From positions 26,463 to 90,462 of the forward strand of contig JAAZXG010000001.1 in assembly GCA_014240255.1 (NCBI GenBank): a stretch of 64,000 bases of DNA. Reading direction: 5' to 3'. Below are positions 21,246-30,200 of this stretch, one piece after another. Within the stretch, counting starts at the first letter, position 1. The number at the start of each line of letters is the position of its first letter. The position numbers were made by a program, and so were the translations under genes. Below the pieces are notes generated by a model that worked only from the letters and a program-made list of their open reading frames with translations, had not been told where the DNA came from and searched no databases. Origin of the DNA: Methanobacteriota archaeon (GTDB lineage Archaea > Thermoplasmatota > Poseidoniia > MGIII > CG-Epi1).

Positions 21246-22468
21246 AGGTTATCTATAACGGCAGTACCAAATTCACTACATTTGAGCAACTTTGCACCAT
21301 CCATTAACCTCTCAAAATCATAAGTTACAGTCTTAGCTCCAATAGCTCCTTCAACGCCTTTAACGACTAAATCTGCAGCCTCAGTCCAACCCAAATAGCG
21401 AAGCATCATTTCTCCTGATAAAATTACTGAACCTGGATTTACTTTATCTTGACCTGCATATTTTGGAGCAGTCCCATGAGTTGCCTCAAACAATGCGTGC
21501 CCAGTATCATAATTTATGTTAGCTCCAGGAGCGATACCAATGCCTCCAACTTGAGCTGCTAAAGCATCTGAAATATAGTCACCATTCAAATTTAAAGTTG
21601 CAATTACATCATATTCGGTCGGACGGGTTAAAATTTGTTGAAGCATAGCATCAGCAATTACGTCTTTAACAATAATTTCTTCCCCAGTTTCAGGATTAGG
21701 GAAAGAGTGCCATGGACCTCCATCCAAAGGTTTGGCTCCAAATTCATCTCTAGCCAATTCATAGCCCCAGTCTCTGAAACCTCCTTCTGTAAATTTCATT
21801 ATATTTCCTTTGTGAACTAAAGTAATTGATTTTTTATTATTTGAAATTGCATATCTAAAAGAGGCTCTAATCAAACGCTTTGAGCCTTCACTAGAAACTG
21901 GTTTAACACCAAGAGAACTAGTTTCTGGGAAACGAATTTTAGAAACATTCATTTCATTTTTTAAGAATTTGATAACTTTCTTAACTTCAGGAGTACCTGA
22001 ATTCCATTCAATACCTGCATAAATATCCTCTGTATTCTCCCTGAAAATAGCCATATCCACTTTTTCAGGTTCTCTAACTGGACTAGGGACTCCTTCAAAC
22101 CACCTAACTGGACGAACACAAGCAAAGAGATCAAGACGTTGACGTAAAGTAACATTAAGACTTCTAAAACCGCCTCCAACAGGAGTAGTAAGTGGACCTT
22201 TAATTGCGACTAAGTATTTCTGAATGGCATCTAGTGTTTCCTCAGGTAGCCATTCATTGACTTCATTGAAAGCTTCTTCACCGGCTAGAACCTTTTTCCA
22301 AGATATTTTTCTATCATCACCATAGGCCTTGCTTACAGCAGCATCAAGAACTTTCATAGCAACTGGAGTTACATCCAGACCTATTCCATCGCCAATAATT
22401 ACCGGAATAATTGGAACATCTGGAACCTCTAAGTTTCCATTGCTAAACTTGATTGAACTAGGAGTCAT
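21242..22468 (-). CDS. icd: isocitrate dehydrogenase (NADP)
   Basis: Full-length ICDH similarity ([22 protein letters not shown]). Confidence 0.92.
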   Translation of the reverse strand: MTPSSIKFSNGNLEVPDVPIIPVIIGDGIGLDVTPVAMKVLDAAVSKAYGDDRKISWKKVLAGEEAFNEVNEWLPEETLDAIQKYLVAIKGPLTTPVGGGFRSLNVTLRQRLDLFACVRPVRWFEGVPSPVREPEKVDMAIFRENTEDIYAGIEWNSGTPEVKKVIKFLKNEMNVSKIRFPETSSLGVKPVSSEGSKRLIRASFRYAISNNKKSITLVHKGNIMKFTEGGFRDWGYELARDEFGAKPLDGGPWHSFPNPETGEEIIVKDVIADAMLQQILTRPTEYDVIATLNLNGDYISDALAAQVGGIGIAPGANINYDTGHALFEATHGTAPKYAGQDKVNPGSVILSGEMMLRYLGWTEAADLVVKGVEGAIGAKTVTYDFERLMDGAKLLKCSEFGTAVIDNL

Positions 22469-22488
22469 AATTAGTGCTAGACAGGCCT

Positions 22489-22496
22489 GTATAAAT
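22489..22496. promoter_or_regulatory. TATA-like element in the icd / proline dehydrogenase divergent region
   Basis: GTATAAAT lies about 25 nt from the icd ATG (22468). A second box, CTAATAAA (22514-22521), lies about 25 nt from the ATG at 22543. The palindrome ACAGGCCTGT (22481-22490) abuts the first box. Confidence 0.3.
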
Positions 22497-22542
22497 CGAC
22501 CTCGGACAGCTACCTAATAAACACGGTTTTCTATGAGTTGCA

Positions 22543-23457
22543 ATGGGTCTCCTAAACCGGCTGGTTGTTGGAAGTGCACCGCTAATGCCAAAATTTGTAA
22601 TTGGCAGAGTTGCATCAGTCTATGTAGCTGGAGACAAACTTGAAGATGGATTAAAATTAGCCAAAAAACTTAATTCAAAAGGCTTTACAGCCACTTTAGA
22701 TTTGTTAGGCGAAGAAGTAAATAATCGTAAAGAAACAAACAAAATACGAAAAGCATATTGTGATTTACTAGATGGTATTGCAAATTATGGAATTGATTGT
22801 AATATATCATTAAAACTTACTGCACTAGGTCTCAAAATTGATGAAGAACTTTGTTGGGATAATCTAAGTGTTGTATTGGACAAGGCAAAAGAATACAATA
22901 ATTTTGTTAGAATGGATATGGAAGATTCAACAGTTACAGACGCTACCATTAAAATGTGTAAGAAAGGTAAAAATTATTATTCTAATTGTGGCACTGTATT
23001 ACAAGCATATATGCGTAGAACTTCTGATGATATTGATATTTTAAAAAGTCATAATGCTAATATTCGTTTATGTAAAGGAGCATACAAGGAGAGCCCTGAA
23101 TTAGCCTATCAAAACTATCAAGAAGTTAGAGACAATTATATGAAAAATGCTGAAAAAATAATGGATCATGGTATCTTTATAGGTCTTGCAACCCATGATG
23201 AATGGTTGATCAATGAACTAGAAAAATTAATAACTAAAAAACAATATAAGAAGAGTCATTATGAATTTCAGGCACTATCTGGGGTACCCATAGATAAAAC
23301 TCTTGAAAGACTAATTGCATTAGGGCATAAAGTTCGATATTACATACCATATGGACCTGAATGGTATGCCTATTCAATGAGACGAATGAAAGAAAATCCG
23401 GACATTTGGAAATATACTTTGAAGGCGTTTTTCTTCCGTTCAAAACACAGAAATTAA
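22543..23457 (+). CDS. proline dehydrogenase (monofunctional PutA-like)
   Basis: About 300-aa PRODH TIM-barrel pattern (TLDLLGE, RLCKGAY, YIPYGPEWYAYSMRRMKENP). Confidence 0.8.
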   Translation: MGLLNRLVVGSAPLMPKFVIGRVASVYVAGDKLEDGLKLAKKLNSKGFTATLDLLGEEVNNRKETNKIRKAYCDLLDGIANYGIDCNISLKLTALGLKIDEELCWDNLSVVLDKAKEYNNFVRMDMEDSTVTDATIKMCKKGKNYYSNCGTVLQAYMRRTSDDIDILKSHNANIRLCKGAYKESPELAYQNYQEVRDNYMKNAEKIMDHGIFIGLATHDEWLINELEKLITKKQYKKSHYEFQALSGVPIDKTLERLIALGHKVRYYIPYGPEWYAYSMRRMKENPDIWKYTLKAFFFRSKHRN

Positions 23458-23496
23458 GAACATCAGCTTTTTGTAAAGCTCTCGAGTAACAAAACT

Positions 23497-24429
23497 ATGG
23501 CGAAGAGAGTCAGACGAAAAGCAAATAGCAATAATGCGTCAGATTTAAACTATAGTGATACCAGTATTCAAACATCTAGACCTGATACTCGACCTGCATT
23601 AATTGCATTATTACTTGTAATTCTTCTAATAGGTAGTGGACTTTATTTGACTTCAATGGTTAAAGAAGCACCTGTAGTTACATATGGATTAGAAGCTAGC
23701 CTTCTAACGGACAATCATAAAGCGGCACCAGGATACGATACTGATTTTATTTTAATTATTGAGAACACTGGAGATATAGCTGATACATTTGACATTTCTG
23801 TAAAATCAAATGAGGGAGGATTTACAATTACAATTGAAGAAGGATATGAGAGTGTAATTGTTAGCAATGGTAAATCTAAACCAATCATTGTTAACGTAAT
23901 GACTTCATCCTCTTCTACAGGTATGCTTTATTCTTCTTTAGAAGTAAACTCTAGAGGAGATAATAGTTTATCTTCAACTGTAAAATTGAATGTTGACTGT
24001 GACCACTCATTTGGTAATCAAACTATAACTGGAGATAGTGTTAACGTGCATTACGCGGGAATATTAGCCAGCAATAATAGACTTTTTGATAGTAGTATGG
24101 AAAGCGTTTGGGATTCTTATAAAATATCAAACCATTATTCCCAATTACCTGCTGGTAAACCAGGAGAATGGCCTTCAGATAATAATAGACATATTGGATT
24201 GTTGACTGCCCAAAATATAGGTTGTGATGGTAATGGAGACCCATCGGCTGATTGTAACGACCGAAGACAAATGGTTGTAGGCTTTGATAATAAAATGGTT
24301 GGAATGTATGAAGGGCAAACATTAGCCGTTAGAATACCTGCCGCAGAAGCATACGGTGTGGATTCTGCAATGCATACTTTAGGCGGACAAGATTTAATCT
24401 TTTTAATTGATTTAGTAAGTAAAAACTAA
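23497..24429 (+). CDS. membrane-anchored protein with beta-sandwich domain and C-terminal FKBP-type PPIase domain
   Basis: N-terminal TM anchor, then FKBP signature GDSVNVHYAGIL...FDSS...GMYEGQTLAVRIPAAEAYG...LIFLIDLV with a roughly 45-aa insertion. Confidence 0.6.
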   Translation: MAKRVRRKANSNNASDLNYSDTSIQTSRPDTRPALIALLLVILLIGSGLYLTSMVKEAPVVTYGLEASLLTDNHKAAPGYDTDFILIIENTGDIADTFDISVKSNEGGFTITIEEGYESVIVSNGKSKPIIVNVMTSSSSTGMLYSSLEVNSRGDNSLSSTVKLNVDCDHSFGNQTITGDSVNVHYAGILASNNRLFDSSMESVWDSYKISNHYSQLPAGKPGEWPSDNNRHIGLLTAQNIGCDGNGDPSADCNDRRQMVVGFDNKMVGMYEGQTLAVRIPAAEAYGVDSAMHTLGGQDLIFLIDLVSKN

Positions 24430-24443
24430 TAATAAAATTTAGA

Positions 24444-25367
24444 CTAAGCTACAAAGGAAGAAAATTCTCGACAGAATACACAAGGACCACTTCCTCCAGA
24501 AGGTTCACCACATGAAGGACAAGATGAAATTTCAGAAGGCAACTCAACATTCTCACGAATCTTTTCCATTCCACTAAGAAGTGAATGACGTGTTCCAGGT
24601 TGCTTCTGCTCTAAATCCATGAGAAGTTTACGGAAAAGATTTCTTTGGGCCTTACCTGCATAAGGACATGTACCTTCGTGGAAATCCATATTATTTAGAA
24701 GTGCATAAAGGTATACTTCCTGTTCAGGAAGTCTCCTTAATGGCAATAGTCTAGGGATAAAACCCTTCTGGACTGATCTATGTGGTGCCATCCTACTCAA
24801 ACGAGAAATATCTCCTCTTGAATGATTCATTAAAACGGTTTGAGAAAAATCATCAAGATTATGCCCAAGGACCATACAATCAACATCTGCATTCTTTGCC
24901 ATTTGATTCAATGACCGCCTTCTAAGAATACCACATGGCGAACAGGGGGAAGCATCTGGCGGATTACTAATTAACAATTCACCGAGAGTCATACCTATCA
25001 ATTCTTTATATGAAAAGATACGAAGTGGAACGTTAAAAGATTCACAACTCTTTCGCGCACATTCTAGCGAGTCTGAACGATAATCTTCAATACCTTCATC
25101 AACCGATAAACCAACTATTTCAATATCTCTTTCTTTACTATAGTAGTCTAAAATTTTCAAAGCAACGGTAGAATCCTTGCCACCAGAAAGACCAATCCCT
25201 ATTCTTTTGATTTGGATATCTGAATTCTTAATGAGAACATTTATTTGACTCCTCAACTCTTTGATAGCATTCTTTTCAAAAGATTTGAAGAAACACCTTT
25301 CACAAAGTACTTCACCTGAATAACGTCGACTAATCACCGGATCTATACTACACTTTTTACAAGCCAC
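24444..25367 (-). CDS. tRNA 2-thiolation PP-loop ATPase (TtuA/NcsA-Ncs6 family)
   Basis: PP-loop GLSGGKDS, with CxxC...CxxC zinc fingers at both termini. GTG start. Confidence 0.8.
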   Translation of the reverse strand: MACKKCSIDPVISRRYSGEVLCERCFFKSFEKNAIKELRSQINVLIKNSDIQIKRIGIGLSGGKDSTVALKILDYYSKERDIEIVGLSVDEGIEDYRSDSLECARKSCESFNVPLRIFSYKELIGMTLGELLISNPPDASPCSPCGILRRRSLNQMAKNADVDCMVLGHNLDDFSQTVLMNHSRGDISRLSRMAPHRSVQKGFIPRLLPLRRLPEQEVYLYALLNNMDFHEGTCPYAGKAQRNLFRKLLMDLEQKQPGTRHSLLSGMEKIRENVELPSEISSCPSCGEPSGGSGPCVFCREFSSFVA

Positions 25368-25454
25368 AAATGAAGATACATACTACTTTATATCTATTTG
25401 AGGTGACCGAAAGTATGACACAGTTTTGACAACATATTGTTTAATTCAAAATGA

Positions 25455-25479
25455 TTATGACGCCTTTTTGATGTCATAA
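25455..25479. promoter_or_regulatory. inverted repeat TTATGAC-N11-GTCATAA, candidate operator
   Basis: Perfect 7-nt arms placed just upstream of the TATA-like box at 25489-25496. Extra TGACA half-sites at 25416-25420 and 25427-25431. Confidence 0.3.
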
Positions 25480-25488
25480 ACCATTAAG

Positions 25489-25496
25489 TTTATATA
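25489..25496 (+). promoter_or_regulatory. TATA-like box for the RHH-ftsZ unit
   Basis: TTTATATA is centred about 28 nt upstream of the ATG at 25521. Confidence 0.35.
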
Positions 25497-25520
25497 CTAT
25501 GCTTCTATGTTTCAGATAAT

Positions 25521-25916
25521 ATGGCACCACTCGGACCACTTACCACAAACAGATTAACAGTCCGTTTAGACCCTGAAAGAGCTGCCAGAATAGAATACTG
25601 GGCCACTGAGAATCCTCTCAAAATCAAATCATACAATCAATTGATTCAAGAAGCTTTAGACGAATATCTAGACCGGCACACTGTATCACCAACTCACGAT
25701 TCTATGACTGTAAAGGTCCCTCAGAAAGTTAGAGAAAAATTACATGACCTTCAAGAGGACGGCTATGGGAATATTGATCAAATCGTTTCTGAAGCAATCT
25801 TACAGCACTCTACCTCTAAGTATAGGGAAGAGAAAGATTACCAATTCTTACGAAATGAAGTGAATACCATTTCGAACAGAAGAAAAATGCTATTTTCAGA
25901 TTATGGAAGTGATTAA
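25521..25916 (+). CDS. tandem ribbon-helix-helix (CopG/CdrS-like) DNA-binding protein
   Basis: Two RHH-like units: LTVRLDPERAARIEYWA..SYNQLIQEALDEYL and MTVKVPQKVREKLHDLQEDGYGNIDQIVSEAILQH. The ORF ends 3 nt before ftsZ. Confidence 0.55.
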   Translation: MAPLGPLTTNRLTVRLDPERAARIEYWATENPLKIKSYNQLIQEALDEYLDRHTVSPTHDSMTVKVPQKVREKLHDLQEDGYGNIDQIVSEAILQHSTSKYREEKDYQFLRNEVNTISNRRKMLFSDYGSD

Positions 25917-25919
25917 AAA

Positions 25920-26966
25920 ATGATGGACAAACTAGAAAGTTTTGATAGCAGCGATCTTATGGAATTTATTACTCCTCCAAAGATCAAAGTTCTAGGTGTA
26001 GGTGGTGCAGGATGTAATATCCTCAAGCGTTTATACAACCGAAGAATAACAGGAGTAGAAACTATTGCATTGAATACAGATGCGTTACATCTTAACAATT
26101 GTCAAGCTCATACTAGAAAAGTTTTGGGTGCTGCAGTCAATCAAGGAAGAGGTGCTGGCGGAGATCCACATCTAGGAAAAAGATGTGCCGAAGAGGATGA
26201 AGCAATCCTAAGAGATTCTGTAAGTGATACTGACATGGTTTTTATTATTGCAGGAATGGGAGGAGGAACTGGGACTGGTTGTTCACCAGTAATTGCTAAC
26301 TACGCTAGAGAGACTGATGCATTAGTCGTAGGTGTTGCAGTGTTACCATTCAAGGAAGAAGGTTCTAGGAGACGTAATACGGCCGTTGAAGGGCTAAAGG
26401 AGCTAAAGGACAGTTGCCATTGTGTTATCGAATTAGATAATGAAAAGATTAATGAAATTAAAAATGGAGATTACCCTATGAAGAAAGCTTTTGGAGTAAT
26501 GTCTGATTTAGTTGCTGAAACAGTTCAATCATTAGCTGAAGTAGTTACAGAACCATCTACCATAAATGTTGATTTTGCAGATTTAAGAAAAATTATAGAA
26601 GCTGGAGGAAATGCCAAAGTTCTTTACGGAGATTCGGAAGGATCTGACCCTGGCAGTGTTCTAGACTCTGTTTTGAATAATCCATTACTAGGTTCACACT
26701 ACAAAGGTGCTGAAGCTGTTCTATTACATGTAGCTGCAGGTAGTGAATTTTCACTAAACAATTGTCATGAAGTATTATCTGCTTTAAAATACGATCTATC
26801 AGAGGATGTAAATCTCATCTGGGGATTAAGAACTGATGATTCTATGGGTGCTAGCGTCAAAGTAGTGATGCTAGTCTCAGCAATACCACAAGATGAATTG
26901 AATATAGAAAACCTAACAGAGAAGCCAAGTTCTCCTTTGGGTAAGTCTATCCAAATGATCAATTAA
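25920..26966 (+). CDS. ftsZ: cell division GTPase FtsZ
   Basis: GVGGAGCN, GMGGGTGTG and the T7-loop NVDFADL. Confidence 0.92.
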   Translation: MMDKLESFDSSDLMEFITPPKIKVLGVGGAGCNILKRLYNRRITGVETIALNTDALHLNNCQAHTRKVLGAAVNQGRGAGGDPHLGKRCAEEDEAILRDSVSDTDMVFIIAGMGGGTGTGCSPVIANYARETDALVVGVAVLPFKEEGSRRRNTAVEGLKELKDSCHCVIELDNEKINEIKNGDYPMKKAFGVMSDLVAETVQSLAEVVTEPSTINVDFADLRKIIEAGGNAKVLYGDSEGSDPGSVLDSVLNNPLLGSHYKGAEAVLLHVAAGSEFSLNNCHEVLSALKYDLSEDVNLIWGLRTDDSMGASVKVVMLVSAIPQDELNIENLTEKPSSPLGKSIQMIN

Positions 26967-27208
26967 AGTTCCACACCTTCGCTATAAGTCTCTACTTGCT
27001 ATGATAGAGGCTTATGGCACCCTGTTTCTGAAGTTAACTAGTAGAAAGTATAATATCCATTTCCAGTACCAATACTAGTTGGTTCTTCAGGTAATGTAAT
27101 TACTATTGTAGACCAATATTGTCTAATATCTTGTGTCGTTATATTATCCCATAAAGCACAATCTCTAACTATCAACAAAGCCTAGGCTGAACCTTAACGC
27201 GCATTGCA

Positions 27209-27228
27209 GGAGGAGATCACTCTCCTCC
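27209..27228. terminator. GC-rich hairpin between convergent ftsZ and the giant gene
   Basis: GGAGGAGA / TCAC / TCTCCTCC, a perfect 8-bp stem 26 nt beyond the stop of the minus-strand giant ORF. Confidence 0.35.
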
Positions 27229-27253
27229 CCAATGTCATTTCACTTAGAGTGAC

Positions 27254-30200
27254 TTACTCTTCTTCTTTCTGTCTGAGTGCAATTCCAATTGCAGCCAATA
27301 GACCACTCATGGTTATGCTCAACATAGACAGAGCGAAAGATGGTATTGTGTTAACTTCTGCTACCGCAGTTATTGAGATAGGAACCCTGTTGTTCTGTTC
27401 ATTGGATTCGCGTATATCATCTGAAGTATCAATACTCAAGTAGAATGAATATGAAGTACTAGTATCACCATCAGCACCTGCATTCATACCCAATTCTCCA
27501 GCTACAGCTTCAAAGTAGATGAACTTGTTGTTACCTTCTGTCACAATCTTAGCACCGTGTGCAGTAGTTGCGTCTTCATCAATTACCCATCCATTTCCTT
27601 TCCAGGATATACTTACTTGAACATCTGCATAAGCCTCTCCATCAACATTTTCAAGACCTACATTGAAGTTTCCAACTGTTTCTGTACCTGTGTTAATAAC
27701 TTGGAACATGAAACTGAAGTATGGATCTGCATCATCGCCGCTTCCACCAGTTTTCTTCTCCCAACCAGTTACATCTGTACCGTAACCAGTTGCATGAGAG
27801 ATATATCTGATATCTTCACCAATTGTAAGATCTGGTCTAGAGATTACTAATGTTGCTTGACCATCTGAATCGCCACTTGTGAAAGTGTTTTCATAGTCAG
27901 ACCATGAACGAGCATCTGCTTGGATACTCCAAGTTCCTGGTTCTACCCAGTTAGAATAACCAATTGTAACTTCAACAGATACAGTCATTACTGAACCTGG
28001 TGCAATCATGTCACTTGGATCTGGTGTAGTTGGCTTATCTGTATTTGGATTCCAGCTTGACTTAGTTGGATTGTAAATATCCCAACCAGTCTTAGCACCA
28101 CTTACTCCAGCAGAATAGGCTTCAACATTGCCACTAGGCCATAGTATGTTCCCAGACTCAAAGATGTATGCAGTTGGGTCTCCAAGTGCAGGATCATCTC
28201 TACCGTTACCCCATAGACCACCTACTACTGGTGTCACTGCTACTCTGGTATCTTTACCATTCTGAATAACTGATACCATTTTTGCATCGGTTCCATCGTC
28301 TAATTTAACGTATGAATTTTCTGGTGCATTAATTATGAAATCTACAACACCAGCATCCGAAGCTGCACCGTAATTATTGACTTTTACAGTATAGGTTCTC
28401 TGAGAATCTCCACTAATAACTGAAGATGGAACTCCATTCTGAGTTCCTGGTGAAATAGACTTAACATCGACTGAATAGTCATCTAAACCAAATACAGAAG
28501 GATAGAAGGCCGTAAACGATCCTCCGCCACCTGTGTTAGTTCCTGTCAATCTAATCTGCATTGTTCCACGGATGTATTGATCCTGAAGACTGCCAGTACC
28601 ATCACCTATTTCTTGAACTGCACCTAAATCTGCAAAGAATGTTTGGGTTGTAGAGTTATCAAAATAACTTACTCCAGACCATCTATCTGGTAATACTGTA
28701 TAGTTATCACCAGGTATAGAGTAAAGTGTTCCACTCTGGTCTACTTCTCTCCACTTAACATCATACCAAGAACCACTTGAACCAGTTCTAACTTGTGCTT
28801 TAACATAAGCTTCAGTTAAATCATACTCAGCTTCAACTACTAGGAAAGGTTTACTATTCCAAACTTGGAATTCATCAGAAGTCAATGAACCGTCATTGTT
28901 TCCATCCCATATATATGATCCAGCAGACCAACCATTTCCTAAGTTCCAGTTTTCAGCTTCTCCAGATAGAAGTGCTGCACCCAAAACAATTGTTACTGTT
29001 TTGAAATTATTAACCGGATTTTCATCTGGAACTGTAACTTGATCTGGTCTCAATGCATGAACTTTGAGAGTATAGATACCTGGACCAAATCCGACACCCC
29101 ATACCCAATCATCACCTGCAGTTGAAGGATCAACTGTAAATTCCTGACCTTTTTCTAATCCAAAGACTCCATTACCGTCTGGATCGTAATTAGATGGAAC
29201 TTCAAAGAAGTTAAACTGTCTGTCAGTAGGCCATACTCGGCTACCTGCAGAATTTATAATCTGTGCATAAACATTTACACCTTCTTGTGGATTTAAGCCA
29301 ATTCCCTTAACAGTAACTGCCAAGTCATGTGCTTCACCTGAAGCTGCATATCTCTCAGTTTCTATAGACGTAATATCGAAATTATTACGGTATTCGTTAC
29401 CAATTACCATAATATCGTCAAGCATTACACCTTTACCACCGCCATTTGCAGTTACAACACGGAAATCAATCCAAGTCTGGTAACCTTCAAAGTCTTCAAG
29501 GCTTAATTCTTCTACAATCCAGCTGTCTCTGTCATCTGCAGACCATGAACAACCACAATCGTCTTCATATGTTTTCAAGACTGACCATGTTCCAGAAGTT
29601 ATAGCTTGTGTACTATCGAAATCTGTAGCTGCTCTAACCTCAAGTCTATCTCCTGCTGCAAAATTCCATTTAATTGCAAAAGACAAAATTGGTTGGAAAG
29701 CTGCACGTAAATCAACATTGACATCATTGCCAAATTGACTTCCTGCGCCATCTCTGTCATACATATCCTGAGTAATCAAACTATCATCTGAACCTGCTGC
29801 AGTAGTTGGATTCTCTTTAGAGTATGTACTTTCTTCAGAATACTGCCAAATATATGAACCGGAATATCCATCGTTACCGACATTTCGTTCCTTCCAAACA
29901 TTCTCAGTACCTGCTAACCTATCTGCTTTGGTATATGCATATACTGAAGAGCGGTCCTCGGGACCATCGACATCATCCTTAAAGAATGTATCAAAAACTC
30001 GGAATTCAAATATCACCGTATTATTCCAAGGGAAGAAATCTTTACCTGCTGGAACTTGTGCATGAACTTTGACATAATATGTATTTGCACCTGGTGTTCT
30101 AAATAATGCGAATAATTCATTCTGGTCTTCAGTACCAGTACCTGCTCTTACATCACCATAAATTGAATCTCCAGCAAGATCAGTAAGATCTATTCCAAGA

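Noticed and set aside
26995-27035. Possible C/D-box sRNA (ATGATAG ... CTGA) downstream of ftsZ.
   Set aside because: The C box deviates from RUGAUGA at two positions. There are no C'/D' boxes and no terminal pairing.
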